A stretch of 64,000 nt of DNA from Balanoglossus misakiensis (GCA_040954595.2 CM082580.2:4206783-4270782); one strand, 5' to 3'; shown: positions 42,101 through 54,845, numbered from the stretch's first letter. Notes: generated by a model from the sequence alone, not told the origin. Numbers and translations are program-made.

Positions 42101-43062
42101 TTAGTACGTTCATGACTGTATTGCTTACTCAATTCTTTGATTTTGTGTTTACCAATATCCCATCAACTCTGTAAAGACTTAAATCTGAATTTCTCTTTTT
42201 GCCATTTTTCCCAGAATTGGCGAATAAGATTACAATAGTCTTCTTCATTAAGAAGACTAGAATTGAGGCACCAGACTGGATTTTTACTCCGAGAATTTTT
42301 GACAGAGATATTAATTGAGACAATCGAGTGATCAGAAACATTCACAGAGGAATGAATGGCTGCAGACGTAATTTTTGAAGTAAGCCAATTATTTACATAG
42401 AAGGTATCAATACGAGATTTATTATCTCCTCTTTGCCAAGTATAATTCCGTGCATTGTTGTGGAAATGGCGCCAGGCGTCAGAAAGTTTAGATTTGTGCA
42501 TAATTGAAGCAAGAAGACGCGACGATTTGAGATGTGGTTCAACTGTGGAAGTACGATCCAACTGAGGCTTAAGAGTACAGTTAAAATCCCCACCAATAAT
42601 TACGGTATCGTCAACACTGATCTCACTTAACAACTTTTCAAGTTTCTTAAAGAAGCTGAAACGGTCACCTCCATTGTTTGGAGCATACACATTAATGAGA
42701 TTAACATAATTATCGTCAATTTTGACGCGAAGATGTAGTAAATGACCATGAACAACACTTTGAGAGGAAATAATATCGACCTTCTTATTTTGTGAAAGCA
42801 TTATGGCAACGCCAGCAGAGTTACTTGAACCATGGGAGAAATAAATTGGTGCACGCCAAACTATTTGCCATTGCGCTTCATCGTTTGGCGTCGAATGGGT
42901 TTCTTGAAGAAAGTAAAAGTCAGAACGATTAATTAATTTTAAAGTCGAAAGGACATCATACCTTTTCAAAGAATCATGACCACCATTAATATTCCATGTA
43001 GCAGTGGAAATATTAATCATCAGCAGGCAAGAGATTATAAGTAAAATATCCATTGAGACCAT
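39136..43062 (-). pseudogene. Tx1 ORF2 (APE endonuclease + RT + CCHC), about 1308 codons with one in-frame TGA
   Basis: APE motifs WNING, LQETH, GDFN, SRID, SDH. RT motifs PGIDG, NWRPVSLL, DQEKAFD, GIRQG, AYADD. C-terminal CVFC..HIFLEC. Both track ORFs are in the same frame, split by TGA at 42163-42165 (SLQS*WDIGK). Confidence 0.93.
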
Positions 43063-44627
43063 TATTTAGGGGTGTTACCTTTAGTTCTAACATGAGTAAA
43101 CAGCTTTGCCATGAGTCTCTGTATCCTGACTTTTTGTTTGTTATCAACAAGAGTGGTTTTGCGTAGCTTGTTAAATGATTTAATCAGCAATCTTATATCT
43201 GAACAATACTCATAGCATTGTTCTATCATATTCTTCGATCCCTTAATTTCCTCTAAGAAGGCAATGAGATTAGTCGCTTGAACCTCCCTCCGTTCAGAAT
43301 GTTCAGAAATGTCAGACGTTTCAGAGGTCATAGAAATATTATCAGGAAGTTCAGAAGTCACAGAGATGCAATCAGCATCCGAATCTGAACACTGACTAAG
43401 AATATCAAAACTATTAGACGTACTGATTGGTGTTGAAACTGTAATCTGGGAATCAGGAGGGACTGATTCCTTTCGGGATTTGTGATAATTCACACCAGAG
43501 AAAGGAGTATCGGGAAAATCAAGGGAGAGGCAGGAGGAGGGATCGGAAGAGGAGGGGAGGGAAAGAGAAGACAACACAGAAGGAGTGGAAGGAAACGAAG
43601 AAGGGGGTAGTACCCTGTCTTCATCAATAACACCTACATTAAAAGGCCTTGTTTCTGTGTCGTTGTTAGTCTTCTCTTCCGTAGTAACACCACTTGTACT
43701 TCCATTACTACTGGTTATTTCCTTTGCAATTACATCATCTGCACCCTCAACCACATTAACACTTGTATTATTCATTGTTTTATCATCTGCCCTCTCAGAG
43801 CTGTTGTTATTGATTTTTTCAGGCATGATGACATCATTGACACCTTCTGTCTGCATCTCATTATCATTTCTCTTTTGTGCAAGATCATTAACACTTTTGT
43901 TCACACCTACAGTAATATCATTATCGCTGTTTACCCCTGTCTGCATCTCATTATCATTTCTCTTTTGTGCAAGATCATTAACACTTTTGTTCACACCTAC
44001 AGTAATATCATTATCACTGTTTTCCGTTCTAGCTTGCCTTGTGCTTACAAATTCACGAGTAAGAGGGCAAGATTTGCGGATATGTCCTTTTGCCCCACAA
44101 AGAAAACATCTCATTTCGTCTATCGTAATATATATTGGGTAAAGACGATCTTCATATTTAACATTGATGAGGCCATCAATATTTTCATTATGCAATAAAA
44201 CATGGATTTGCCGTCTAAAAGACTTCACATGCCTTAACGCTGGATTTTTACATCCTAGAGGAATTTGCCGCATGTTTCCGACCACTCTCCCTAATTTCCA
44301 CAATTCTTCCTCTAAATATTCGTTGGGTATAAAAGGGGGGACGTTAGAAAGAATTAGTTTCGAAGCTGGCTTCACCATATGCTCAATGTCAACCATTTCA
44401 CCTTTAACCGACAGTCTGGATTCAACAATGTTCTCTACATTCTCAAGCGAAGCCAGGAACACCACAACAGAACGATTCATACGTGAGGCAGCGATAATAT
44501 TCTCGCTCCCAATCTCCTTAGCTATTTCCTCAACATAACTCTCCACAGGGAGATCTTGAACATTAGTGCACCTAATCGCATGTTTCCTAGTCAATCTCCG
44601 AAATGGACTGTCAGCCTGGGCAGCCAT
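43062..44627 (-). CDS. Tx1 ORF1 (gag-like, zinc knuckle), 521 aa
   Basis: Tx1-like N-terminus RLTRKHAIRC and CCHC knuckle CFLCGAKGHIRKSC. The stop overlaps the ORF2 start (TAATG). Contains a 90-bp internal duplication. Confidence 0.93.
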   Translation of the reverse strand: MAAQADSPFRRLTRKHAIRCTNVQDLPVESYVEEIAKEIGSENIIAASRMNRSVVVFLASLENVENIVESRLSVKGEMVDIEHMVKPASKLILSNVPPFIPNEYLEEELWKLGRVVGNMRQIPLGCKNPALRHVKSFRRQIHVLLHNENIDGLINVKYEDRLYPIYITIDEMRCFLCGAKGHIRKSCPLTREFVSTRQARTENSDNDITVGVNKSVNDLAQKRNDNEMQTGVNSDNDITVGVNKSVNDLAQKRNDNEMQTEGVNDVIMPEKINNNSSERADDKTMNNTSVNVVEGADDVIAKEITSSNGSTSGVTTEEKTNNDTETRPFNVGVIDEDRVLPPSSFPSTPSVLSSLSLPSSSDPSSCLSLDFPDTPFSGVNYHKSRKESVPPDSQITVSTPISTSNSFDILSQCSDSDADCISVTSELPDNISMTSETSDISEHSERREVQATNLIAFLEEIKGSKNMIEQCYEYCSDIRLLIKSFNKLRKTTLVDNKQKVRIQRLMAKLFTHVRTKGNTPK

Positions 44628-44835
44628 ATTGCCCGGCCCGGGCTGCCACTCGGTGGCAAAGAAAACAATCCACCAAAAATCCCCCCAATCAGCACAAATA
44701 TGACAGTAAAAATCGAGTAAAGTGAAACAGTACCGTACTCACAATACTGTAGTTGAACGATTTTTGAGGGATGGTACCTCTAACACCAGAAAAGCAACGC
44801 CAAGTCAGGAGCGCTTCTGTACCGCCACCACCACC

Positions 44836-45049
44836 ATGATGATGATGATGATGACGATGATGATGATGATGATAAAAACATTTTTTTTAAATCAGTGTCA
44901 TTTCCTGCTACCGTAATCGTGGAAAACACGACTCGTAGTGCCGTTGGCCGACCTAGGTCATGTTTTCCACGAGTGACGTTGGGCGACCTAGGTCGTGTTT
45001 TCCACGATTACGGTAGCAGGAAATGACACTGATTTAAAATAATGTTTTT

Positions 45050-45083
<34 letters not shown>
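44836..45083. mobile_element. Fold-back element with (GAT)n/(ATC)n-tipped arms
   Basis: (GAT)n-AAAAACATT..TTAAATCAGTGTCATTTCCTGCTACCGTAATCGTGGAAAACACGAC is mirrored by GTCGTGTTTTCCACGATTACGGTAGCAGGAAATGACACTGATTTAAAATAATGTTTTT-(ATC)n. Confidence 0.9.
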
Positions 45084-45539
45084 CATTGGTCACGTGACCG
45101 GTTTATATTTGTTCTGCTATTTCCCTAGGGATTCATAGTCGATTCTATTTTCCTATCACGTGTCGGATTCTGGCGAATCACGACACAGTTTTAGCATGAG
45201 GTATATTATAAAGTATTCTATGTAATTGATCGCGTAAGCCATATTTGTTCGTGCAGAATGAGCAGGGGTACTTTACATTGGCATTGTTTTGTGGACGGAT
45301 GGATGTGTATCGACCAGGAAACTATGAGGTAGGAACATAATAGAATTTCAATTTCACAGATATTATAGAAAGAGAACAGTTACACCTTTATTACATATGT
45401 TGTCCCTGTGGGGAGATTATTTCGTCTGCAATATGATACATGCAGACGGAATTAATATGAAATACCAATAGATAAGTTATGTGGAGATGTCATGAAAACA
45501 TTGATGGCATCTGGTACACGGGTCAGTCAATCTAAAGTA

Positions 45540-45670
45540 AATAAGCCTGGTACTGTTTTTAAAATCTTTTTATTGAAAGTCTTTCAACATTTTCAACGTT
45601 CTGTTGGTAAGGAGTTTAAACGTTGTAATAAAGAGAAACAAAAACTGTACTTGTAATAACGAGTTAGTGA
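45540..45670 (-). pseudogene. Possible decayed LINE ORF2 C-terminal remnant
   Basis: Translates LTRYYKYSFCFSLLQRLNSLPTER, similar to the xT..YKYSF...WNxLP tail of CR1/L2-type ORF2. Stops follow. Confidence 0.35.
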
Positions 45671-47046
45671 GACACCCGTCAAGACTGACCCCAAGTGACA
45701 AATTCAAGTGAAATTTGGCTTAACAACCAAAGTTGCAAGTCAAATCCAGGAATGCTGTCACTCGTCATTTGAGTGACAGACGTGTCATATTTGGAAACAA
45801 CATCACTATTTCTACCATAGAACCTCTTAAACTATCTAACTATTCTGCTTTTGCAGAATCCTTGTCTCACTACATGTAGCTTGGATGTCAATAAGCTACG
45901 CCTTACTCTAAAGTCCTATAGTCAACCTCTCGCGCTCAGTTCAAAAATGGCGGTATATGCATGTATACATGTACATATAGTGCCGTCTGTAGCCTTTTTA
46001 ACCGCCTTCATATGTTAATTTTTTATTGTTGGTCTTTCATAGTTGTACGTATCCTCCCATTGCGTATTGTTTGCAGTTACTTTTTCGTTATGTCATCATA
46101 AATTCGTTTGATGCGTGTTTGAAACCTTGTCGATGTGTTTTACTCAATTATAGTATGACAATCACACAATAGGATCGTCTTGAATCAGTGGTAAGTGTGG
46201 TACCATCAAATTTCCCATTTTCTAGATATTTCTATGCAAGGTAAGTGTTAAAACACTCAGATCGGGAAATATAATGAGAGATGGAGGGAGGCAGGGAAGG
46301 GCAGGGAGAGAGAGAAAGAGTGACAGAGACAGACAAAGATGGACTGAGACAAAGAGGGGGACACCGTTTCCATCATTACATTTAACTGAGTCATGTTGCA
46401 TCTTGGTATTCAAAAAGTGTTAAACTGTTTCCTTCACTCACGACAAGAAATCAGTCAAAGTGACGCCACAATCTTGGCAAACATAGAAAAGAATATGTCC
46501 TTTTCAAAAACGGTAATTTAAAAAGGTGTTTTGCTTTGTGTTGTTGTTGTTGTTGTTGTTGTTTATTTCGGGGGAATTCCAACGAACTATTAATATATCA
46601 ATCACTGCCTAACCACAAACTTTAAATTAAACATTCACAGATATATACTTTGATACACAATAAAAATGACACGACAGACATCATTTCAATTTCTCCCTTT
46701 ATTTTTTTACCAGCAAAGTCATTATTTTAACCCTGAAAACCGGAAAAGTCGAATGACATTTTCCCAAATACTGAACGACGCGATAGAGAAACCCAGTAAA
46801 CTGCTAAATTACATTTCTGCAGTTGCAAGACTCTACTCGACCGATGTTAACATGAAATACCATTTCTCTGATTTTATAGTTAGATTTAATATTTGCTTTT
46901 ATTATGATCCCCATGTCCACCACCAGAAATTAATTATAATTGGTAATTGTTGTCTTGGTTTTGCTTGCACGTTTTATTTCTACATGCGATCGTACTTCTA
47001 CCGTTTCTTCGGTCATTTTTCCTGTTCTTGGACGCACGTGTTGAGA

Positions 47047-49870
47047 CTATGCAGGACATCTGCAAAATATAGAATTAATAACCATATAATTGCCCATTCG
47101 TTCAATGTCAAGAGTTGATTGAATCATGAAGCAATACTAGGTTTAATCCAGTGCAGCGTTGAAAATATTCTCACGGAGAAATTGCCAAGGGTAAGTGTTG
47201 TCTGGGCAGTGTAATGTTAGATTCAAGAGTAACTGGCTTCGGCCTAAACTTAGTCAAAGCGTTTATACATAAACATGAAACTGAATTGAACACACGTACA
47301 TTAAATATCGGATACTATACCTCATCCAGCTGTCTCCGAACTCAACGGCATTGGCCTTCGAGGTTTCTATGAGTACACCGTCCGATTTCAGGAAATCGTT
47401 AGACGGGTTAAATGGCTTGTTTGGTGTACCGGACAGGCCGCATACGGTATCGAGCCAGTCGTCGCTGATGAGGGCGATGTCAACTCGGAATTTTCCGTTG
47501 TACTCAACAATGGCTATGTCTTCAATTATCACGTTGATTGTGTTTGTCAAAACAGCCGTCTCATTGGAAGCCGAGACTACTTCCAAAATTCTGATGTTAA
47601 CGATATCTTCTTTTGGCAGATTTTCAACAGGGACGCCATTGACCTAAAATATAACCAAATGGGTTTTTTCTGTAAATAGTGTAACAAATACATGGCTGTT
47701 AGTTTTGTACAAATGGGGCGGTGCTGTCGGTAGCATATAATATAATTTCGTATCACGTGAAACTAACGAGATATGATCGATTCTCCCTCTCTCTCTCCCT
47801 CAATTCTCTATTGATTCATTCATCGACAGCCTATCCTCCTGGTAAGTGAGTCCAGTGACTCAGGAAATAACATTGTAGAGATTATACCGCTTATCGTTTC
47901 TCCAGGTACCCTTTCTTATATATGCCACCTTATCATCAATTCCAGACAAAAGTTGGTGTGATTATCACATTTACGTGCAAAAATCTAGGGATTAACTTGT
48001 AAGTTAGGACTTTTGCAAATTACTTACAAGCACACCATATCCTTGTGTCAGCGTGACGTTGGTGTCGTATGCGTGAATGTAGACAGTTCCAAGCCTGGTC
48101 AAGGGCTTCTCTTCTGTACTCAACGGTGACTCTTCTAACTTTCCTTCTATGACGAACTGTGGGTCAACATCAACGCAGTCCTTTGTCATTGTCACTATAC
48201 ATGACTCCTTGCCTTGGTAACTGTACTTGAAGCCATCATATGTGACGAAGTGTGGTTCGCCGAACATACATGTCACTGGACACCAGGTATACTCTAGCAA
48301 TGAAGCCAATAGCAAAGAAAAAAAGTGTTAGCGTTAATTTCAAGAAATGTGTTATGTAATTTGACGACAATATAAGAGATTTTCTAATATTCGTAAAATG
48401 GATTTAATTTTGTTTAAAAACAGTTTAATAGATGTTAATTAATATCTCTGACAAGTTTCATCATACATGTATATGGTACAGGATGTCAAGATTTATAAGG
48501 CTTATTGCACAAATTAATTAAATATGCAAATTATCCATTAATTACCACGACACTGCTAAATATCGCATAACACGATCAGATCTATGCTAGGAACCTTTGT
48601 AGCAACTTTCTTCAAATTGGGTGCAGTACTTTCAGAAATACATGTATATCAATTATTGAAAAGTTCATAAAATATGCAATTAGGCAGATAATTGACATGA
48701 CGTGCATAGTACCATCACATAACCTCGTGAGATTGCAATCATCAAATTTGGTGCAGTAATTCTCTGTCTATGACATAGAGAAGAGAGAGAGAGAGAGACG
48801 AGAGAGACGAGAGAGAGAGACGAGAGAGAGAGAGAGACGAGAGAGAGACGAGAGAGAGAGACGAGAGAGCTCATGTGCGTTCGCATTACTGTGTCTTTCA
48901 TTTTCAAATGTGCGTGTAATAACTAATAACTCCATAATAATTGGCGTTTGTTTGTCAAACAGCGTTGATGGAAATATTTGTTGCGGATCAACTTTCTTTG
49001 TTCATTGCATTCAGCTAGACAAGTACGTCATCGCCAAACTTACCGGTATGTATGTCTTTTGTCTTGCTTCCAACCAAGTTACCAGACACACCGTAGCACT
49101 CTATTTGGATAGTGTAGTTTTGACCCCTATCGAAGGCTGTTAATTTGAGATCTTTGCAGGACTTTCCGGCAGGGTTGCAATCAAAGCGCCAAGCGAACAC
49201 GAATGTACCGTCTGCTTTCCTTGCTGTTATTATGCAATATTTAACATTCTCCACGCAAAGTCGCATGAAAACCGATCTGTCAGTGATCTTAAGTGTGTCG
49301 CAACTGAGAATGGCTGGTTGTTCTGTCGAGTTAAAAGAAAAACCCCAAATTTTAAGTAACCATTTAAAACATCTTGATTTTTTTCGAATAATAACATCTT
49401 TTATGAGATGTTTCAACCATTGGAATGTGACACATACATTATGCAGAAATATATCGCCAAGACTACACAATATACATTGACTTAATATTCACTATACTAG
49501 TAGAGCAAACACAAGAAAAGTAATAAGCAAGTAAAGTAGTCAACGTACGTCTAGATTGCCTCTGCTGTGTGTCCTCGGATTTCTTTAGGACATTCATATC
49601 CGCTGGCTAAAGAGAGAGAAACTTAGTTAAACCAATTTTATGCGTATACCGTGTTGTTTTCGGTATTACTTTCTCTTCTAGAAAGAATCATTTCAAAACA
49701 ATAAAAAAGGGGAATTGTAAATGCCTTCGTATATATCATTTAAAGATATAAACCATTTAAACATAATACCCCATTCAATATTAAACCATTATACATACAT
49801 TGCCATTACAGATAGTAATGTCGGCACAGATGAGAACAGCGAAGATAAGCAGTGGCTTGGCGATGTACAT
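47047..49870 (-). CDS. Secreted FN3-like + von Willebrand factor D (VWD) domain protein (6 exons, about 336 aa)
   Basis: Exons 49799-49870 (signal MYIAKPLLIFAVLICADITICNG), 49549-49606, 49044-49322 (phase 1-1, FN3-like LTAFDRGQNYTIQI), 48028-48293 (CMFGEPHFVTYDGFKYSYQG), 47321-47643 (TVCGLSG...NDFLKSDG...FGDSW) and 47047-47059 (least certain; AATAAA downstream). All phases are compatible. Confidence 0.82.
48778..48869. repeat. (GA)n/(GAGAC)n repeat
   Basis: Directly visible. Confidence 0.85.
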
Positions 49871-49967
49871 GGTGATGGCGTCTATTCGATGTGTTACAGA
49901 GAATGGTCTTCTTTCGGCGAGGGCTGGTGTTGGTCTGCTGTGAGGAAACGAAGTGCAGACAATGCAC

Positions 49968-49974
49968 TTATATA
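49968..49974 (-). promoter_or_regulatory. TATA box of the FN3-VWD gene
   Basis: CTATATAAG on the minus strand about 100 bp upstream of the ATG (Kozak-like CACCATG). Confidence 0.5.
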
Positions 49975-50267
49975 GTTTTTTTACGGCCGTTTTAGCCGAT
50001 TAACATACATGTTCTTCCACGGTTGAAACTCCGTTCATCACCTCGGCGAACGCGTTGCATATTTAGCCGAGTAATACCGATCTGAGGCACAGCGCGATCA
50101 TGAGGTGATGTCATGCAAATACTTGTGATAACTTTTAGCCAATGAAATTCGTAGCACAAACTTGTCCTCACAGTAACAATAGATCAATTTAATTCGACAT
50201 ACAATCTGCTATATAATTTATTTTGTCCGAGGAATATTTGTCTTAATATTGCATGAGTAACGCATTA

Positions 50268-50535
50268 ATATTGTATTGTATTGTATTGTATTGTATTGTA
50301 TTGTATTGTATTGTATTGTATTGTATTGTATTGTATTGTATTGTATTGTATTGTATTGTATTGTATTGTGTTGTGTTGTGTTGTGTTGTGTTGTGTTGTG
50401 TTGTGTTGTGTTGTGTTGTGTTGTGTTGTGTTCTATTCTATTCTATTCTATTCTATTCTATTCTATTCTATTCTATTCTATTCTATTCTATTCTATTCTA
50501 TTCTATTCTATTCTACTATTCTATTCTATTCTATT
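50268..50535. repeat. Compound pentanucleotide array (ATTGT)n-(GTTGT)n-(ATTCT)n
   Basis: Directly visible. Confidence 0.97.
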
Positions 50536-53500
50536 GGCTTCTATTGTATTCAATTATATTCCGTTGTGGATGCAGGAGAATCGAATCCGAGTGGACAAAA
50601 AAGTTATTATGTGGATCACACAAAGTAACATACACTCAAAATTAAAAAGTTAGTTACGTTGGAATCATGCATATATTTGATAATTTGAAAGTAATCTGAA
50701 CAGTGGCGTATGTATGGGTTAACGATATATGTTGGACAATGATAAGTGAGTAGAGACGTTTGACATAGCATGAAACGCCGACGCCAATGAAATTAATAAT
50801 GAACACATATCGCCTGGCGATTACCCTGCTACTCATGTACCCATTTAAGGTTCCAGACCTTACTGTTTCTGTGCATGCATGAACGAGAAAGCCAAGCTGT
50901 TATATTTTCATTAAAGTTGGATTTCTAGGTAATCGGATGTGCGTGACGCAGATGTTTTGATGTTGTTGATATTCCTTCATTTCATGCATTGCTTTCTTTC
51001 AACTTGCTTATGTTTACTGGCCTTTTAATAGGTGTGCATCGCCCTTGAACAATTCCATTGGATACCGCCGCTCTATAAATCTTCTTTATTGATTGATTGA
51101 TTGTTATTGCTGTGTGATTTTCCTTGTACATTACAAGCATGGTGCGAAATATCACTGTAGACAGCAAGGCAGAAGATGATCTTTGACCTTGTTATTGATG
51201 AAGTCCGAACCGAGGCGAGGTTTACATCAATAACATGGTCAGCACAAACCCGAAGGCAGGCTACAATATATACAAATTGAATGTTTTGGGTGACTCACAG
51301 ACCCAAGGGGAAACAAACGTAGGATGTTAGGCAAAGATGGACAGTCAACGTGTATTTTCTAACACATCTCATCCGACAGGAGAGCAAATCAGGAAATTTC
51401 TCCACTGGTATCGAGTTGGCCTAGGTCTTGACGACATCATCGCCATTTTAGTTTGATTTCTGGGGTGCACACGCTTTCCAACGTATAGCCAGGCAGTTTA
51501 CGAAACTGTTGCCAGACAGGGCAACCTTTCGAAAACTGTTGACGGGTAATCATTCTTTGGATGTAACATGGCCAAATTTGACGCACGCCACATCTTGCCC
51601 GAGTATCATATGTTATTAATTTTTTACACCGAACGTTTGAATATACATACGAAAAGATCGAAGAATTACTCAGTATATATATTTATAATCAGTTACGAAG
51701 TCAAAAGCGCGCGTTCCGAGACCGTCAAGTGGTGCACGACGATTTGTTTGGCGCAGAAACAATGTGTAGGAGTGACAGTAGTAGGCAATATGCAGTTCTT
51801 GTCTGACGACGACGGGTAAGGATTTTCTCGGCTTTTTGTTCTATACCACGTGACCCACTATCAGCCAATTAGAAGTGCGGAATAATACGCGCGATATAAT
51901 AAATCCATAAGTATTGCATCAAACTAGGGTAATATGGCGCCACACTTCTGGCGTCACCTGCAGGAACTACTGTTACTTTAAATGTGTGGACAAAGTAAAT
52001 TCTCTTCGGTCGGCAAACTACAGTTGTACAAGTTGTCTTTTGTTACAATGTGAAAATTGGCATAGATGTATGAAAAAAATGTTGGCGATAAGACTAACCG
52101 TGTACACTTTTGTAATCTAAAAGCAAAGGCGAAGTGAAGCCCATACGGACCATGCCTGCTGACGAACGATAAAATCCAGTTGACGCGCGATAATCACCAG
52201 AACGCGAACCGGGCGGACACTTTGAAGTTTATCAACCTAGACTTGTATGCCGGGTAACAGTATTTATAGCAAAGTCGCACGATGCGATTAGAGCAATGCG
52301 GCCTGTTCTGAAAGCAAATTGTGAAAGACACCAATCCCGCACTAGTGAAGCCCTGATGGACGACGAAATCTAGCTGACGCGCGATTAACATCACTGACTC
52401 CCATTCATTCGTAACCCAAGTAACGTGACAGCAGCTTGGACCCTATAACACCGACCTCCTCAATGTGACACAAGAGTTCCAAATCTTATCGCAACAACAA
52501 AGGGTTTAATTCTTCTTTGATCAAAATTAGCGGATCTTTGCATGTTACAAACATATTTAAACATTTTATTTTTGGCGCCCACACACGTGCGTCGCCCGCA
52601 AACTTTGATCAACGAATCGGCAATGATTCGTTGATTAAAGTTTGCCTTTATGTGAGTGAAAACATCTTCAGACCTATACGTGCACGTGTATTTAATAATT
52701 GGATTTGGTTTCAAGACTTCCTTCTTTTCTTAACTGACGGGGGCAGTCGTCTTGTGAAACAACCCACGCGCGACTGTGGACCATTTACTCGCTCTCTCAT
52801 TTACATGATGTCTCTCCTCCACAAAATAACAACAACAAATCAGACCTATAAAATCAACACCACCGGACCATATTTCTCGTCACATTTCTGACACGAACCT
52901 GTGGACAGACAGAGACAGAGAGACAGAGATTATATTGTAGTCTAAAAACGGTCTGAAAACGATAGTAATTTGGAAGCACGCCACCTTCCAATGGTATTGC
53001 AACTTATTGAACAAGCTGCCTCCAAAACTCCTTAACTTTCCTTACACGCACGCGCAAAAGATCAAGTTCAACACCTTTCTTGACACGCACGCGCAGTGGC
53101 TCTTTCAGCAAGGCATGATCACTGATAACAAAATCCATGCCAGGTAAAAAAAACTTGTAAACGTAGACGACAGTAATGTAGCAAGGCCAAAGTAAGTAAA
53201 TTCGCTTGTTTTGCGCCCGCTTAAAATTCTGACGATAGGTAGGTGGGTGAGCAGTTATGATACGCGCACACACAATTTAACATAAAACAATATTTCTTCA
53301 TTTGACAGTGTTCTCAAGCTATATGCATATGCCATAAAATGATTTGATATCATCTGACCTCACCACATAGTTCATTGACTGTGACTGCATGAAAAAAGTA
53401 CATTGCTCCAATATAAACGTTATGGTTTATTCTTTTCACAAAGCATCGTTGGTGGCGGAAATTTCTGCCCTAAAACATTGTGTGTGTTTTTTCTGGAAAA

Positions 53501-54845
53501 CCTATATGCGTACGTAGAACAAAGAATTAGGCGTAAACCGTAAATGCACGAATGAATATATGTTCAACCTGTTCTTTGGTTACGTCCCACAGCAAGCACC
53601 TGTATGCAGCAGCAGTCTGGACACTCGAGGACACTATTATTGTAACTCGGATATCTTTCAAGGACTAACAAACAACTTCAGTCTGCTGCTGAACGTTCTA
53701 ATATCTCAAGGACCTGAGAGACCAACACGGTGAGTTTGAAAATGAATTAGATCTAAGTCTACTAAGCATGTATACATGCTAACTGTTCCACTGTCTATGT
53801 AAGGATAATCACAAATGACATCCAAATTTTGTTCATAGTGTTACTACCGATTTACTCAATAACGCATCTACAAGCAGCGTGTCCGAGTCCACGCACTTGT
53901 GGGATTATTTTGCAGGTTACTTTAATGGAATTTTGGGTACAAGATCTGCATAATTATTAAACTGCTGAACAGAAAGAAAGGCAAGACATGTCTAGCACAT
54001 GGCACCGACTTCGCTCGTTTGATTTGACCATTTTGTGTACGCCATAAACGGGAACCGATCGAGGGTGTGCGGTTTGGCCATGGTGTGTGGGGGCACCTCT
54101 CTTGGCCCACTTAAAGTGACAAGGTCGCTCTTATTCACCTTTCTGCGACATCAAAAACATCTACGTAGAATACTTGCACGTAGTCTCTCAGTGTGCAAAA
54201 TAATGACGATTTCATAACTATTTAAGCATGTTTCAAGAAGTCAAACAGCATAGCCAACCTTTCGTATCATACAAGATTAACCAAAAAGTTCAAAATAGAG
54301 CGATTTTGACAATTTGAGGGGGTTTTTTGGCTGGACCTGTACCTAATATTATCCATAACGCTGCATTGCGAATAGCCATTCCAGAGACATAGAGCTCAGG
54401 CCAAGAAAATATATGATACCTCCTAACTAATTTCTACGAAGTCAGATTGTAAACTGGTATATACAATATATGTATATTTTAGCATAAAGGGACCTTGGTT
54501 GTATAACAGTCATGTCACCTCGTATGGTGCAGCCAATACCCAGACACTCTCGTCTCGTTTTACACCAGTATACTTTTTTGTGTAATCAATATGGCTGTGC
54601 CTCCAACCACGTGAAGTGGGCAGCATGCAAATCTGCGGGTAACGATACACGTACGCAGCCGTGTCACAAAACTAAGTCAAGGTATAATAGTTGAGTATTG
54701 AATGAGGGACGTCTGCTCGTGACATACACCCGTAGCAGTGGCACCAGTTGCTAGCTACTCTTTTAATATTTATCCACTGAACACTTGGAATTCAATATCT
54801 TTCCACAGGTTAAAGTTCATTTCTTGATTTCAACGAATCACCGCC

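Larger units (their letters stand above)
38657..44835 (-). mobile_element. Full-length Tx1 (L1 clade) non-LTR retrotransposon
   Basis: 5'UTR of about 200 bp, ORF1, ORF2, 3'UTR with tandem repeats, then AATAAA-GGATTATTTTCAAAAG running directly into (TCA)n. (CAT)n also lies at the 5' flank. Confidence 0.95.

Noticed and set aside
43585-44538. Plus-strand ORFs opposite Tx1 ORF1
   Set aside because: Antisense shadows of low-complexity coding sequence with no motifs.
50253-50653. YCIVL/ILFYS ORFs
   Set aside because: Pentanucleotide repeat artefacts.
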